A DNA stretch of 63,910 bases, counting the filler, from Olpidium bornovanus S191 (lineage: Eukaryota; Fungi; Olpidiomycota), in the NCBI GenBank assembly GCA_017911155.1. It is 30 parts of 30 records of this genome, joined end to end, with 100 filler letters (N's around TTAATTAATTAA, not from the genome) between each part and the next. Parts side by side here need not be neighbours in the genome. Positions count along the whole stretch, not along the records: positions 21,313 to 23,042 come from JAEFCI010008821.1; positions 23,143 to 26,051 come from JAEFCI010003739.1; positions 26,152 to 27,262 come from JAEFCI010010712.1; positions 27,363 to 28,790 come from JAEFCI010013088.1; positions 28,891 to 30,400 come from JAEFCI010006622.1; positions 30,501 to 31,882 come from JAEFCI010005233.1; positions 31,983 to 34,744 come from JAEFCI010002139.1; 23 more parts are not named here. One strand, 5' to 3'. The notes under the pieces were generated by a model. It searched no databases. It was not told where the DNA came from and saw nothing but the letters and a program-made list of their open reading frames with translations. A program made the position numbers and the translations under genes. Below, one piece after another: positions 21,313-32,647 of this stretch (position 1 is the stretch's first letter; the number at the start of each line of letters is the position of its first letter).

Positions 21313-22571
21313 CGGAAATGACAGGTCATAATGAAATCCAACGCCTCGTAGTCCACGTCGCCGGCCTCGATCCGCGCCTCCGTAGCTGCTCGAAGAGCGC
21401 CCGCGTCCTTTGCGTCCGCGGCTGCGGACATGATGACGTTCAGTGCGCGCTTAAAGACGGGGACACCGCGGGAGGCGCCGTAGCGCAGCGCGCCAATCGC
21501 AGAGCCCAAGTCGCGCGAGCACGCGTAGGCGCACACGCCCGAGGTGAGGAAGTAAGGCGTGAGGATCAGCTTCTCGATATGATCAGGGGCGGGCCCTGCT
21601 GGACTCGCGGTCCGCCTCTGCTCCTGGAGATGCAGGAGTACAGCCTCAAATACGGACGATGCACCCTCAGTGTCCTTTGCCAAAAGCTTCCCAAAAATGG
21701 CGGTTGCGTATGTCTGGCCGTTCGCTCGTATGCCGTGCTCCTTCATGTACTCGAAGACCTCGCCCACAGCATCGTTCATCCGGAGTTTGGCGTACTCGGC
21801 TAGTACGACGTTTACGGTGTCCACGTCACGCTTGAATCCGTCCTTGAACAAGCTCTCCAGCGCGTCAGCCGGCTTTGCGCACGGATTCTTTTGCACCCAT
21901 TTTGCCAGCGACGGGTAGAACGGTCCGGGCAACTTCGGGTTCTCAAATCGCACTTTCTGTGCGGTGATCTCCATGCCCTCCTTGATGTACGCGAGCATCT
22001 TCGGATATTTCCTGTTTCGATGGGTCCGAACCACTTCGGCTTCTGCCCCGAAGTCGTCCTGGAGGGCATCAGGCCGTTGCGTTCCCGGAAAGGGGGCAAC
22101 GTCGGCGGGATATGCCGGCACCCGCAGACTAAATTTCGACGCTCGCGTCCGATGCTCAGTACCGCCTTGTACTGCGGAGCAACTGAATTGCCACGACTTC
22201 CGCAAGCTCTCGTCGTGTGCAGAACTGGTCTCGCGCAGGCTGCCTGCGTCCTCTTCCTGCGGTGCGGCGCGCGATGCGCGTCTCCTGTGCCGGGCGTAAC
22301 CTCGCTCCGCCGTGTGCCAAGGTCCGCCAGACGGCGTCGCACAGGATCCCACGGTCGCGCGAGCAGGATAAACGGGCGGCAACCGGCCGCGAGGGCTGCC
22401 TACCGAGGAAACATGGGCCAAAGACGGCGCCCTGCGGTGCGGTTTGCCCACCTGAGAGAATCGCCTTCGGGCGCGAAACGCAGCGGCTCGGACGCCCGGA
22501 GAAATCACCGAACGTTCCGCGTGCGCGAGGCAGGCACCGGCGGCGATGCGGCAGAAACCCAGCAAGGTCAT
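21313..22571 (-). CDS. Pentatricopeptide-repeat (PPR) protein, probably mitochondrial (3' partial)
   Basis: Arg/Ala-rich presequence-like start MTLLGFCRIAAG...RARRRFS. PPR-like 35-aa units DVDTVNVVLAEYAKLRMNDAVGEVFEYMKEHGIRA and NGQTYATAIFGKLLAKDTEGASSVFEAV, plus FKRALNVIMSAAADAKD. Confidence 0.75.
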
Positions 22572-22702
22572 GCCCTTTCCGAGAGTCCCCTGGCCCGCAA
22601 ACACAGCGGCCGGGCAAAAGAGGCCGGTTGTTTGGCAAGCGCGAAAAACCGGACAAGGGCGAGAGAATTTTCGGTCGGTCGGGCTCTATGCGGAACGCAG
22701 CA

Positions 22703-22731
22703 GTCACGTGATTAATTACAAAGGTCACGTG
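22703..22731. promoter_or_regulatory. Pair of GTCACGTG E-box/CDEI-like motifs upstream of the PPR gene
   Basis: GTCACGTG at 22703 and 22724, 130-160 bp upstream of the PPR ATG. Function is inferred only. Confidence 0.3.
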
Positions 22732-22819
22732 GCATTTACGCGCGCTCCTATAAGACAATATGTCTGCGCGGATATGGCACGTGGGAACATCCCATTTTCT
22801 GCTGGGACGGAGGGAGCAG

Positions 22820-23042
22820 CACTTCCACGCGGTTGGATCGGATCTGCCGATTGAATGTGCTGCCGTTCGCCGTGACGCCAGCCGTCTCGACCGTGTTCAT
22901 CCAGACAGAACCCGCCGCTCGCATGCCACGGATATGCACGTCCTGGAGCAAACGGGTATTACGACGCAGGTGCAAATGGCGATTGTCCCGGACGCGGTTA
23001 ATCTCACCAAAGTTAAAGTGTCCGCGCATCTGCCGAGCCTCA
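22820..23042 (+). CDS. Internal exon of a Vps13-like lipid-transfer protein (fragment)
   Basis: VGSDLPIECAAVRR...MHVLEQTGITTQVQMAIVPDAVNLTKVKVSAHLPSL resembles the fungal Vps13 segment ...IIPKAPNLTKFRISGHLP.L (recalled). Confidence 0.55.
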
Positions 23043-23212
23043 NNNNNNNNNNNNNNNNNNNNNNNNNNNNNNNNNNNNNNNNNNNNTTAATTAATTAANN
23101 NNNNNNNNNNNNNNNNNNNNNNNNNNNNNNNNNNNNNNNNNNCATGGCGAGAAATAGAAGGTAGGCGGAGAGGCCACTTTGGAGAGGGTTTTCGGGGAGG
23201 ACGTTAGAGGTA

Positions 23213-23360
23213 GGTAGCATTAGGCGAATTGCAACAGCAATAATTGTAGTACTATACGACACCATTTTTAATAGTATAGCTATAAAGGTAAGCATTAGAC
23301 GAATTGCAACAGCAATTATTGTAGTACTGTACGACACCATTTATAAGTATAACTATAAAG
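23213..23360. repeat. AT-rich tandem duplication, 2 x 75 bp
   Basis: GCATTAGRCGAATTGCAACAGCAATWATTGTAGTACT... at 23217 and 23292. Confidence 0.9.
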
Positions 23361-24327
23361 ATGGGCGGCTTTCTTGGCCTCTGTCGGCGTAGATTCAATG
23401 CGCTGCTGCCAGAGCTTTCCTCATATTTTCCCAGCAGATTAGTACAAAACGTACCGCGTTTACTTCTGATTGCATAAGGGATGAATTGGAGATCCAGCCT
23501 CGCTTTTTCGTGCTTCAGGCTCACTTTTTCGTGCTTTTGTTTCGCTTTTCCGTGCGTTTACCGCAGTTCATATTGCTTTATACGCGCACCATGGACGTCG
23601 AGTTGACGTTGCAGATCTTCAAGAACTAAATGAAACGAACATGTCCGACTGCGTGGCTAATAGCCCTCGTGAAGTATGAGGACGACCGTGAATCTTTCTG
23701 TTGCGTCACCCAAGCTATGACTGCACTGACATCCTCCTTCCATCGCTAAAGTAGCCGGATGTGAAGGGGTGTCAGGTTTTCCCATTTTCGTCATCCTCCC
23801 ACAAGTTGCTGCGTTGGGGCTGTGGCGACGCTATCGGCATTGGCCCCCGTCGTTTGCCGTCTTTTGCCGTCTTTCGCCGTGGGTGCGTATCTATTGTATA
23901 CAGCACGAAAAAAAATAATTGAAGACGAGAACATTCTGACTCCTACGTTTAGGGGCTAAACGCACAGCCGGGGAACAGCGGCGGAGTCTTGAACTGATTG
24001 TCCTGACTGCAGGAAGCTTTCTGAACGCACTGCGGCCAGGATTGTTGGGTAAATGAAGCGGATTCCGGCTGCCTGTCAGACAGCCCCACAGCCCGGAAAC
24101 GTCCTGGCCCCCCTGCCCGCCTTCTCCCGCCTTTTCGTGAGGGTGAAATTTTCTTCTTTATTTCCGTTGGGTCGGGTTTTCCGGGAGGCGACAGGGGCGG
24201 TGGCTTTGGTTGCGATGGTTTTCTTGGTTTCGTTTTGGTTGTGGGGTTTCCGGGGGTTCGGGAGGCCGTCCGGTCACGTCACACCGTCGCATTTTTGCTT
24301 GGCGACAACGCAGCTTCCCTCGGCGCC

Positions 24328-26051
24328 ATGGGGCAAGCGGAGGAAGGAGACCTGCAGCGTCCAGCCGACGGGGCCAGGACCGTCGGCGACGACGACGGGG
24401 AGGGGGGGGAGCAGGGGAAGGCGGACCAGTCTGACGAGGACGCGAACAGAAGCCAGCGGAAGGAGGCCGGGGACGAGAAGAAGGCGGACGGAGACGAGGG
24501 GAAGGCGGGCGGGGACGAGGGGAAGGCGGACGGGAACGAGGAAAAGGCGGAGGGGGACGAGGAAAAGGCGGACGGGAACGAGGGGAAGGCGGACAGGGAA
24601 GGAGGAAAGGCGGACGGCGGACCAAACACGGAGGAGGGACGACGGCACGCTGTGGTCGAAGCTATTGAGACCTCCGTTCCTGTCCCCTCCCTTGAACCGT
24701 CGCCGTCGCTGGAACCGCCGCCAAAGGCCACGCTCCCCCTGGCGAACCAGCTGCCCGCAGCCCTGCCACCTCCTGCTGCTTTCGGCCGCAACGAATTTCG
24801 GCCTGGCGCTGGAAATGTCCCTCCCCTGTCTCAAGCCGTCGCGCCCGCATTGACGAGACCGACGCCGCCGGCCGCCACGACATACATCCTCAAGGAGGTC
24901 CACTGGCCCGTTGAGAACGTTGGTGTCCGACGACTCAAGATTTTCTTGCAGAACGGTGCGTTCCGTTTTGTGCGGACTTGCGGTTTCATGTGGCGTTGCG
25001 TGCCGCGCTCTGAAATTATGGCATCTGACTTGCTCGCGTCGTGTACGCCGCCACCAAATTGGTACTCCAGAGAATGGGCCGTGTCCGCTGCTGGCGCTCT
25101 GTAATTGCTTTTGGCAATAGGCGTGCGGTTCTTGGCACGCCCGACCGCGTTCTTTTTTCTGACGTGCGTGTGTGCATTTTGCTTTGTAGGCAACGTGCTG
25201 CTGCTGCGCGGCGATATTGAGATACGTCCGTTCGATCGCCAGACGCTCACTTACGACCACGTTGCCGAGCTTCTGGGCGACTATCTCCTCAGGTCGATGC
25301 CGGAGGTAATACGGTGCGTTTGCTCCTTTTTGCTTTGTTCGTGGCCTGTTCTACTTGTTAGGCCGACGTCCCCCCGGGCGGCTTTTGACGTGGCTGCGTC
25401 ATTTAGGGAGGCGAGGCATCCCTGAACGCGTCGCCGACGGCGTCCGAGCCGAGCCTGGCGTCCGATTCGGCGCGCCTGCGCCTCCTGACGTACCGCCACA
25501 ACCTCACAACGGCGCTCTCGACGCTGCCGCTTCTCCAGCGAGGCTTGGATGTGAACGTGGGTTTCGACAACCTGGATAGTTTCGAGCCCACCCCTGAGCT
25601 GGGTATGGACAAGCGCAGTTGGAGAAGTTTTCGTTGAATGGCGAACCACGTGATCTGACTTTGCTGGGACGACAACGCAGCCGTTTTTGACGCCTTCCGG
25701 ACGCGCCTCGTCCACGGGTGGGTGGTGGACCCAACAGAAGAAAATGGGAAAACGTGGGAGGTGATGGTGGCGCGGTGCAAAACCTACAACGGGGCAGTGG
25801 AAACGGTTGTTCGCGGAACCGAGGTTGCTGGTCTGCAGTTCTCGCCCGACGGGACTATCGCCACGACGTCCTCAACCGATCCATTGCATTTGGAGCAGGC
25901 GCAGGGTTCCGTTTCTCCTGAAGAGAAAGCTAGAGTTGCGGATGATGGTGTGTGTATCCTTGTCTTGTCAATAACGTGGAAATGGAAAGGGGCCCGACCT
26001 TTCGCCGGGCAATTGAGAACCTCACACGTGCCGGTTATCAGCCATTCATGC
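24328..26051 (+). CDS. MINDY1: MINDY-1/2 family deubiquitinase (3' partial)
   Basis: YILKEVHW...KIFLQN/ENGPCPLLAL/CNVLLLRG (catalytic Cys motif), LPLLQRGLDVNVGF, LVHGWVVDP and KTYNGAVETVV. The N-terminus is acidic with 7-aa repeats. Confidence 0.9.
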
Positions 26052-26152
26052 NNNNNNNNNNNNNNNNNNNNNNNNNNNNNNNNNNNNNNNNNNNNTTAAT
26101 TAATTAANNNNNNNNNNNNNNNNNNNNNNNNNNNNNNNNNNNNNNNNNNNNC

Positions 26153-27262
26153 ATGAAGGCTTTTGTGTTTGCCGCCGCCGCCGCCGCCGCCGCCGTCGTG
26201 TTGGCTGGGTCCAACGCGGCTTCTGCACAAGACGTCAATTCCGCGTTCGTCACCAAGTGCCCGGCCGGCCAGTGGGCGTTGACCTTTGGTAAGGAGCCGG
26301 GCAGGGGGGCCCCCGCGCGCCGACTATTTTTACACCAAGATAAAAAAATGATAATAAAAAAAGCCAGGAGGGACGAGCGGCCGACACCAAAAACGTTCTG
26401 CTGAAACGTGCGACGAATGAAAAAAAAAAAAATTGTTTTTGCCCGCAGACGACGGTCCGTCGGCGCTCACCCCTGAGCTGCTGCAGCTGCTGCAGACCGC
26501 CGGCGTGCCCGCTTCTTTCTTCGTTCTGGGAGTTCAGCTGGAGAACGCCGAGTTCGCGAGATCGACCAAAGCGGCGTTCGACGCCGGCCACCTCATCGCC
26601 TCGCACACTTACGACCGTGAGTTTTTTTTTTGATTATGCCGCTCGATTCGGTGCGGAATTAGTGATTCTTGGCAATAAAGAAGGGGGAATGGGGAGATGA
26701 GGAGGGTTGCGCGTGTAGACCGCAACTCCACGCTTTTATACTGACGTCCACCTCGTCCACCTCATTTTTTTTTTTGGTTCCCTCGCTCCGCCTAATAGAT
26801 CTCGACCTTAACACCCTTACGGCCGCCCAGGTCAAGGATCAGATGGTCCGCACGGAAGCGTCTATCAAATCGGTTATAGGCTTTACGCCTAACTACATGC
26901 GGCCGCCTTTCGGAAACTGCGGCCCGGTCTGCGCGGGCGTCATGAAGGAACTCGGTTACACCGTTTCCTCGTGGTAGGGTGCAGCGGCATCTTTTTCGTG
27001 TTCTCGTCGTGGGCGGGAGAGGGAAAAAGCGGGGAGGGGGGAGGGGGTGGGGGGTGTTGGAGAAGAAGAGGCGGAGAAGGGGCGATTGCGGTATTTCGGA
27101 AGATTCGCCCCTCCGTTTTGCGCGATTTTTCGATTTTTTTTTTTTTCTTTTGCAGGGACGTCGACTCGAACGACTGGAAGGTCAAAGACACTCCCGAACA
27201 GGCCAAGGTCATCGACGTTTTCAAGGCCGCTGCGCTCACGGCCACCGCCGCCGGCCACATGA
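26153..27262 (+). CDS. Secreted polysaccharide (chitin) deacetylase, CE4/NodB family (3' partial)
   Basis: Signal peptide MKAFVFAAAA...ASA. CE4 motifs ALTF/DDGP, ASHTYD/HLDL, YMRPPFG and W/DVDSNDW across GT-AG introns. Confidence 0.92.
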
Positions 27263-27626
27263 NNNNNNNNNNNNNNNNNNNNNNNNNNNNNNNNNNNNNN
27301 NNNNNNTTAATTAATTAANNNNNNNNNNNNNNNNNNNNNNNNNNNNNNNNNNNNNNNNNNNNCATGATGCTTTTTGAAGTCTCTGCCTGGCAATCCCCAC
27401 ATCCTGCGCGCTTCAGGATTATTCTAGTTCCTTTTTTCCCCCTCACAGGGGTTTGTTCTTTTCCGCCGAACAACGAAAAGTGGAGCTTGTAAAACACCTC
27501 CACGCCGTGCTCCCTGGGCAACGGTCACTGTCCGAGGTGCCGGCTGAGTTTGGCATTCCGAGATATAAAACGATTGTCCTCTGTGCTAAATTCTCGGGGC
27601 GTCGCGTCGAAGAAATTTGCCGCAAC

Positions 27627-27658
<32 letters not shown>

Positions 27659-28288
27659 CCACGCGACGCGTTCGGCTTTCCGGCGCGTTCGCGCCGATAC
27701 AACTTTTAGCACTGGTACGGAGGGCAAAAGAACGGAGCTTGTTTGATTTCCCGCCTCCAGAGTAACTTTTACTGGCTAGCCAGTCGATCTGCAAAACGCG
27801 TGCTCGCTTGACACGCGATTGCGCGGGTGGAGACGAAAACCGTTTCTTTTCGCGACGGCGCGCACCGCTCGACAGCGCTGCCCGCGTTTAACGTGTGACA
27901 TTCGCACGCAATATTGATTTCGACTGCCGGAATAAGTAACTCCAACCCGCGCGTAGAAATACACTAAGCGGCTGCCGAAGGCCCAGAACGCCCGGCCGAC
28001 GGTCCGCGAGTTAAACCGTCGTTGCTGTAACCCTCCGTCCGATGTCGACAGGCCCCCGTTGCGTTTGCTCTGTCGGCGACGGTCCAAACAACCGCAGTTG
28101 CCGCAGAGCCCAGTCGTGCTCCGTCCGGGGAGAGAGAAGGGCGGGGGAAGGGGGGGGAAGGGGGACCGGGGGGAGATGAATAGTGGCAACGGTGATGTCG
28201 ACAGAAACGTGCGCTCGAAACCGCGGGCAAATTGCAGGGAGCGTTTCAAGGGATTCGGATGCGGCCGGGATATGCTCGGCAGTATCCC

Positions 28289-28602
28289 CTATTCGACGTA
28301 GCATCCGAAGATCATCGCAACGCACGTCAGAGTCGCCTGGGCGGGACAAACAAAAGATTAACGGTTAATACAGCGAAAAAATAAAAAAAGGAAAAGGAAA
28401 AGTACAAAGTCCGAGAACGGGTTTGGCGCGGGACTCGACAGGTTCGCAAGGGAACGCAGAACGCGTACGTTATGGTAGCTGCAGGACGCATACGAATCCG
28501 TTGTGGCGTCCCACAGCGATCGGGAGCCAACGCGAAAGCCCTGACCCTTGTTCTCGACTATGACGACCTCGGCGACGCACTTGTACCGGTCGAATTCCAG
28601 GT
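28289..28602 (-). CDS. Tctex1-domain dynein light chain (TCTEX1D2/DYNLT2-like), last two exons
   Basis: DLEFDRYKCVAEVVIVENKGQGFRVGSRSLWDATTDSYASCSYHN (28602-28469) spliced to ATLTCVAMIFGCYVE* (28336-28289). Confidence 0.82.
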
Positions 28603-28691
28603 CTTAAACGGAATTTTGGCAGAGTATTTTTTTTTGGCGCGTCAGCGGTTACGGAAGCCTGGGGGGTCACGCGATGGGGTTGGAAGTGGGC

Positions 28692-28735
<44 letters not shown>

Positions 28736-30605
28736 GGGGGGGGAAAAAAGGGGGAAAAAAAAAAGGGGGGGGGAAGGGGGGGGGGCCACCNNNNNNNNNN
28801 NNNNNNNNNNNNNNNNNNNNNNNNNNNNNNNNNNTTAATTAATTAANNNNNNNNNNNNNNNNNNNNNNNNNNNNNNNNNNNNNNNNNNNNGTAACCACTC
28901 TGCGAATCGATTATCCGTTTCTGTTCGTGCCATCCGTTGTAAGGCTCAAGAACCCGGCGTTCGAGGGCCGCGGCACGAAGTCGTTCCGCGTTCGCACCTT
29001 GCCATCGCATGGGATGGGTCGAAAGAGGTGCGTCACTGTTGATAGCTCGACTCCCATTTTTTTTTTCTTCTTAGTCAAGCTCCACCGTTGCGCTTGCTAA
29101 AAAAAAAAAAAAAAAAAAAAATTGTCGTAATAATCGATCCCGGTTTCAGGAGCTCGGGAAACTCCTACAGTCGGCGTTTTCCCCTCCACCTACATTCAAC
29201 CGGAACCGCCAAACACGCAGCCGCCGTCCCCAGCGAGGTCGTCAACATCAACACCGTTGCCGTCGGACGCTCAGACGTCCCCAGTCGCCTGAGAAATGTA
29301 AACGGTAGTACGACAAAAATCATGCGGGTTTCGTCCTGCTCTTCGCTCGCGCAAGCTAAACCCCGTAGATTATGGATTCACCCCCCCCCCTTCATCTGCA
29401 TCCCTCGCTCGAAGATCGGGTAAGACGTAGCCCGTTTGCCCGCCGACTGCGGCCATTTTTTTTTTTTTACTTACATAAATGTACTCTCTATCTGTACTGC
29501 AAACAAAAAAACGCGAGGACGAGGTGTTCGCTGCCGGTTTCCGCTTGTGCAGCCGGTTACCGGGAAGCAGCGCTTTGGCTCGCAAGGATTCGGGTCGTGT
29601 TTTCGAGAAGAGGCCATGACGAGCCGATTCTGATGCACCCTGTCTCATCCAAATCTGACCACAACTCATTAGCAGCTCCATTTTCTTAGTTATTGCCTTT
29701 AGCCATTTAACACCGCAAAATCTGCGGTACCTGCAGCTTTTTGCTCCGAAGCGTGTACTATATATATCGGGGTACGTGGAGTAAACTCCAGGCGCTCTCG
29801 GCAAGTAAAAGGGCAGCCTAGAAGAAGCACTCCTGGTCGGGAAAACGACCGGCGCGAAAACGGTCTCACCTTTCACCGGCCGAAACACGCTGGACAAAAC
29901 CAAAAACGGCTGCAATGGCTTCGACGTTGTCACCCACGCATGCCGGATGGTACAAGTTGCGGCGGTTATGATTTGTTGCAAGGGGTTACGGCAGAGGCCG
30001 CAACCCGTAAACGAAAGGCAAGCCCTGCTTATTATACCTCTGAGGGAGCAAAGCTCACCGAGACGCATCAATAAAACACCGGCGTAAGCACGCAACCCCA
30101 ATCACAAGGCGCTTCATTCCTTCAGTGCCCCCACCCAATGCCCATAACACGCCCAACACAGAGCCCCCCCCCCCCCACAAAGCCCCCCGGCTCGTTCCGG
30201 GCCCTACACTTCAAACGCTTCGGGGGTTTAGCAGTTGCCGCTGCGGCGCAACGGGTGTGGTGTGACCAGGTGTGGCGGGGGCCTCGAAATTTTCCCGGAA
30301 TCTTTCCCACCAGTTACATCCGGAATAATAAAGCGACATTTATCGCCCGACTGTACAGAAACCCACGCGCTGTACCGCCCAGTCCTCGCTAAAGCATGAC
30401 NNNNNNNNNNNNNNNNNNNNNNNNNNNNNNNNNNNNNNNNNNNNTTAATTAATTAANNNNNNNNNNNNNNNNNNNNNNNNNNNNNNNNNNNNNNNNNNNN
30501 AAAAAAAAAAAAAAAACGAGAAAAAAAAAAGAAAAAGAAAAAGAAAAAAAAAAAGACCCCCCTCCCCCCCACGCTTCCGTTCCCTTCCTCTTCCCCGAGT
30601 TAGAT

Positions 30606-31484
30606 ATGCACTCGGTCCACACGGCGTCCGTGCACGTCTTCCCGTCCTCGGGCGAGTCGCTCGCCGAGGCGCTGGAGGCGTACGTCGCGCGGGTGTCGGC
30701 GGAGGCCGTCGCGCGCCACGGCGTGTTCACCGTGGCGCTGTCGGGCGGGTCGCTGCCGAAGCTGCTCGGCGCGGCGCTGCGCCGGCGGTCGCGGCGCGTG
30801 CAGTACGAGCGGTGGCACGTCTTCTTCGCCGACGAGCGGTGCGTGCCCCCGGACTCGGAGGACAGCAACCTCCGGGCGTGCCGGGAGGAGCTTTTCGAGG
30901 GCCCCGGCGCCCCCGCGGCCGGGCTGCTGCCGCCGGAGCAGGTGTACGCCCCGGACGCCGCGGCCCTGGCGGCCGGCGCCCCGCCGGAGGAGGTGGCGGC
31001 GGACTACATGGAGAAACTGAAGAACGTGTTCGCGAAGAAGAACGCCGTCAAGTTCCCCGTCTTCGACCTGGTGCTGCTGGGCCTCGGGCCCGACGGCCAC
31101 ACCGCCTCGCTGTTCCCGGGGCACGACCTGCTCAGGGAAGAGCACGAGTGGGTTGCCTGGCTCTCCGACTCGCCCAAGCCCCCGCCCGCCCGGATCACCC
31201 TCAGTCTCCCCGTGCTCAACCACGCCCACAACGTTGCCTTCGTCGTCACCGGCGAGGCGAAGCGGGACGTCGTCAGCCGCATCATCGACGACCGCGACCA
31301 GAACCTCCCCGCCGCTCTCGTCAAGCCCAACGGCCGCCTTACCTGGTTCCTCGACCACGCCGCCGCCGGCGCCCTCAAGACTCAGCCGCAGCCGTTTTCG
31401 TCCCCGGCCGCCGCAGCCGACAGCAAAGCCGCCGCCCAAGCCCAAGCCGCCGAAGCCGGGCAGCCTAAACCCCCGTCCGCATAA
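30606..31484 (+). CDS. PGLS: 6-phosphogluconolactonase (SOL3/PGLS), intronless, complete
   Basis: FTVALSGGSLPKLL, WHVFFADERCVP, SNLRACREELF, FDLVLLGLGPDGHTASLFPGH and DSPKPPPARITLSLPVLN. Confidence 0.96.
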   Translation: MHSVHTASVHVFPSSGESLAEALEAYVARVSAEAVARHGVFTVALSGGSLPKLLGAALRRRSRRVQYERWHVFFADERCVPPDSEDSNLRACREELFEGPGAPAAGLLPPEQVYAPDAAALAAGAPPEEVAADYMEKLKNVFAKKNAVKFPVFDLVLLGLGPDGHTASLFPGHDLLREEHEWVAWLSDSPKPPPARITLSLPVLNHAHNVAFVVTGEAKRDVVSRIIDDRDQNLPAALVKPNGRLTWFLDHAAAGALKTQPQPFSSPAAAADSKAAAQAQAAEAGQPKPPSA

Positions 31485-31567
31485 ATCAAGCAGCAAGCTC
31501 CTTCCCCCCTTTCCCTTCCCGCCTTCCCCAAAACTCCCAAACCCCCATCCCTCTTCCCCCCTACCCC

Positions 31568-31870
31568 TTTGCACCTTGCGCCCGATCACGCGAAATGAAG
31601 TCATTCTTTTCTTTTTCGATGACGTTCTGCAAAGGGAAGAGCAGACGAAGCAAAAAAAAAAATAATCAGTGCTGCGGTCTGTAGCGGAGAGAAAAAACAA
31701 ACTTTTCTTGCTTTTGCACCCTGCACCCCATCATCGCGAAATGAAGTCATTCTTTCCCCTTTTCGATGACGTTTTGCGAAGCGAAGCGCAGACGAAGGAA
31801 AAAAAAAAAAAGTAATAATTAGAGCTGCGCAAACTGGTCTGTCGCGGAAACAAAAGAGCAGACTTTTCTT
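31568..31870. repeat. Imperfect tandem duplication (~145-bp unit) downstream of 6PGL
   Basis: TTTGCACC...CGCGAAATGAAGTCATTCTTT...CGATGACGTT...GCAGACGAAG...GGTCTGT.GCGGA...ACTTTTCTT occurs at about 31568 and 31713. Confidence 0.85.
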
Positions 31871-32647
31871 CATCCCGGCATGNNNNNNNNNNNNNNNNNN
31901 NNNNNNNNNNNNNNNNNNNNNNNNNNTTAATTAATTAANNNNNNNNNNNNNNNNNNNNNNNNNNNNNNNNNNNNNNNNNNNNAGTTGTGCTATTATTCTG
32001 TTCACACGTTTCGGGCTTGGCCGCCACGTCCACGCGACGAGACCCCGGTTTGGCAGATATAACCAACAGTTTCAAACAGATGTATGTGCCCCACCCTTTC
32101 ATGGGATTTCGTGAACGCCGGACCGGCAAATAATCCATCCAATATCTTAGGAGTCCCGTCACCTTCTTCCCCCAACTTCTCCCCACTTCCCCGGTCGCCA
32201 ACCTTCGACGTACCCGTCTGCTTTCTGTTTCTGGCAGCTTTCTAGGAGCGTGTCGCGGGCTGTCCGGGCTCATCTTGAACCAGGTGGAAGAATGCGTCAC
32301 ACAAAAGCCGGAAGCAAATCTCACGTTACAGGAAAGGGAGGGGAGGGGGGGGGGTTAGGTATGCCGCTGAGCGTGTATACCGGTTCGTCGAGTTTGAGCA
32401 CGCGAGTTGATGCGAGGAATCGTCATGGAGCGTGTCCGACGCGCTTCATCTGCCGTCTGCCTTTCCTGCCCGGGAGTCATACGGCCCCAGCCCCATGTCG
32501 TATTTGCTCGCGTGGAGTTCTCGAACCGCCCCGCCTCATATCCGCATCCTTCTCATCTCCCGTGGCGAGCAGCCACGAGACCAAACCTGTTGACGGAAAA
32601 AAAAAAAAAAAAAAAAAAAAAGCCGAAAATTGGATGGGGGCGGCTTC

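Noticed and set aside
28944-29289. GW...VGVFPSTYIQ resembling the end of an SH3 domain
   Set aside because: The upstream exon lacks the ALYDY/ELSF part of SH3 and other frames are equally open.
30600-31700. 366-aa antisense ORF over 6PGL
   Set aside because: Mirror ORF caused by high GC3 codon bias on the plus strand.
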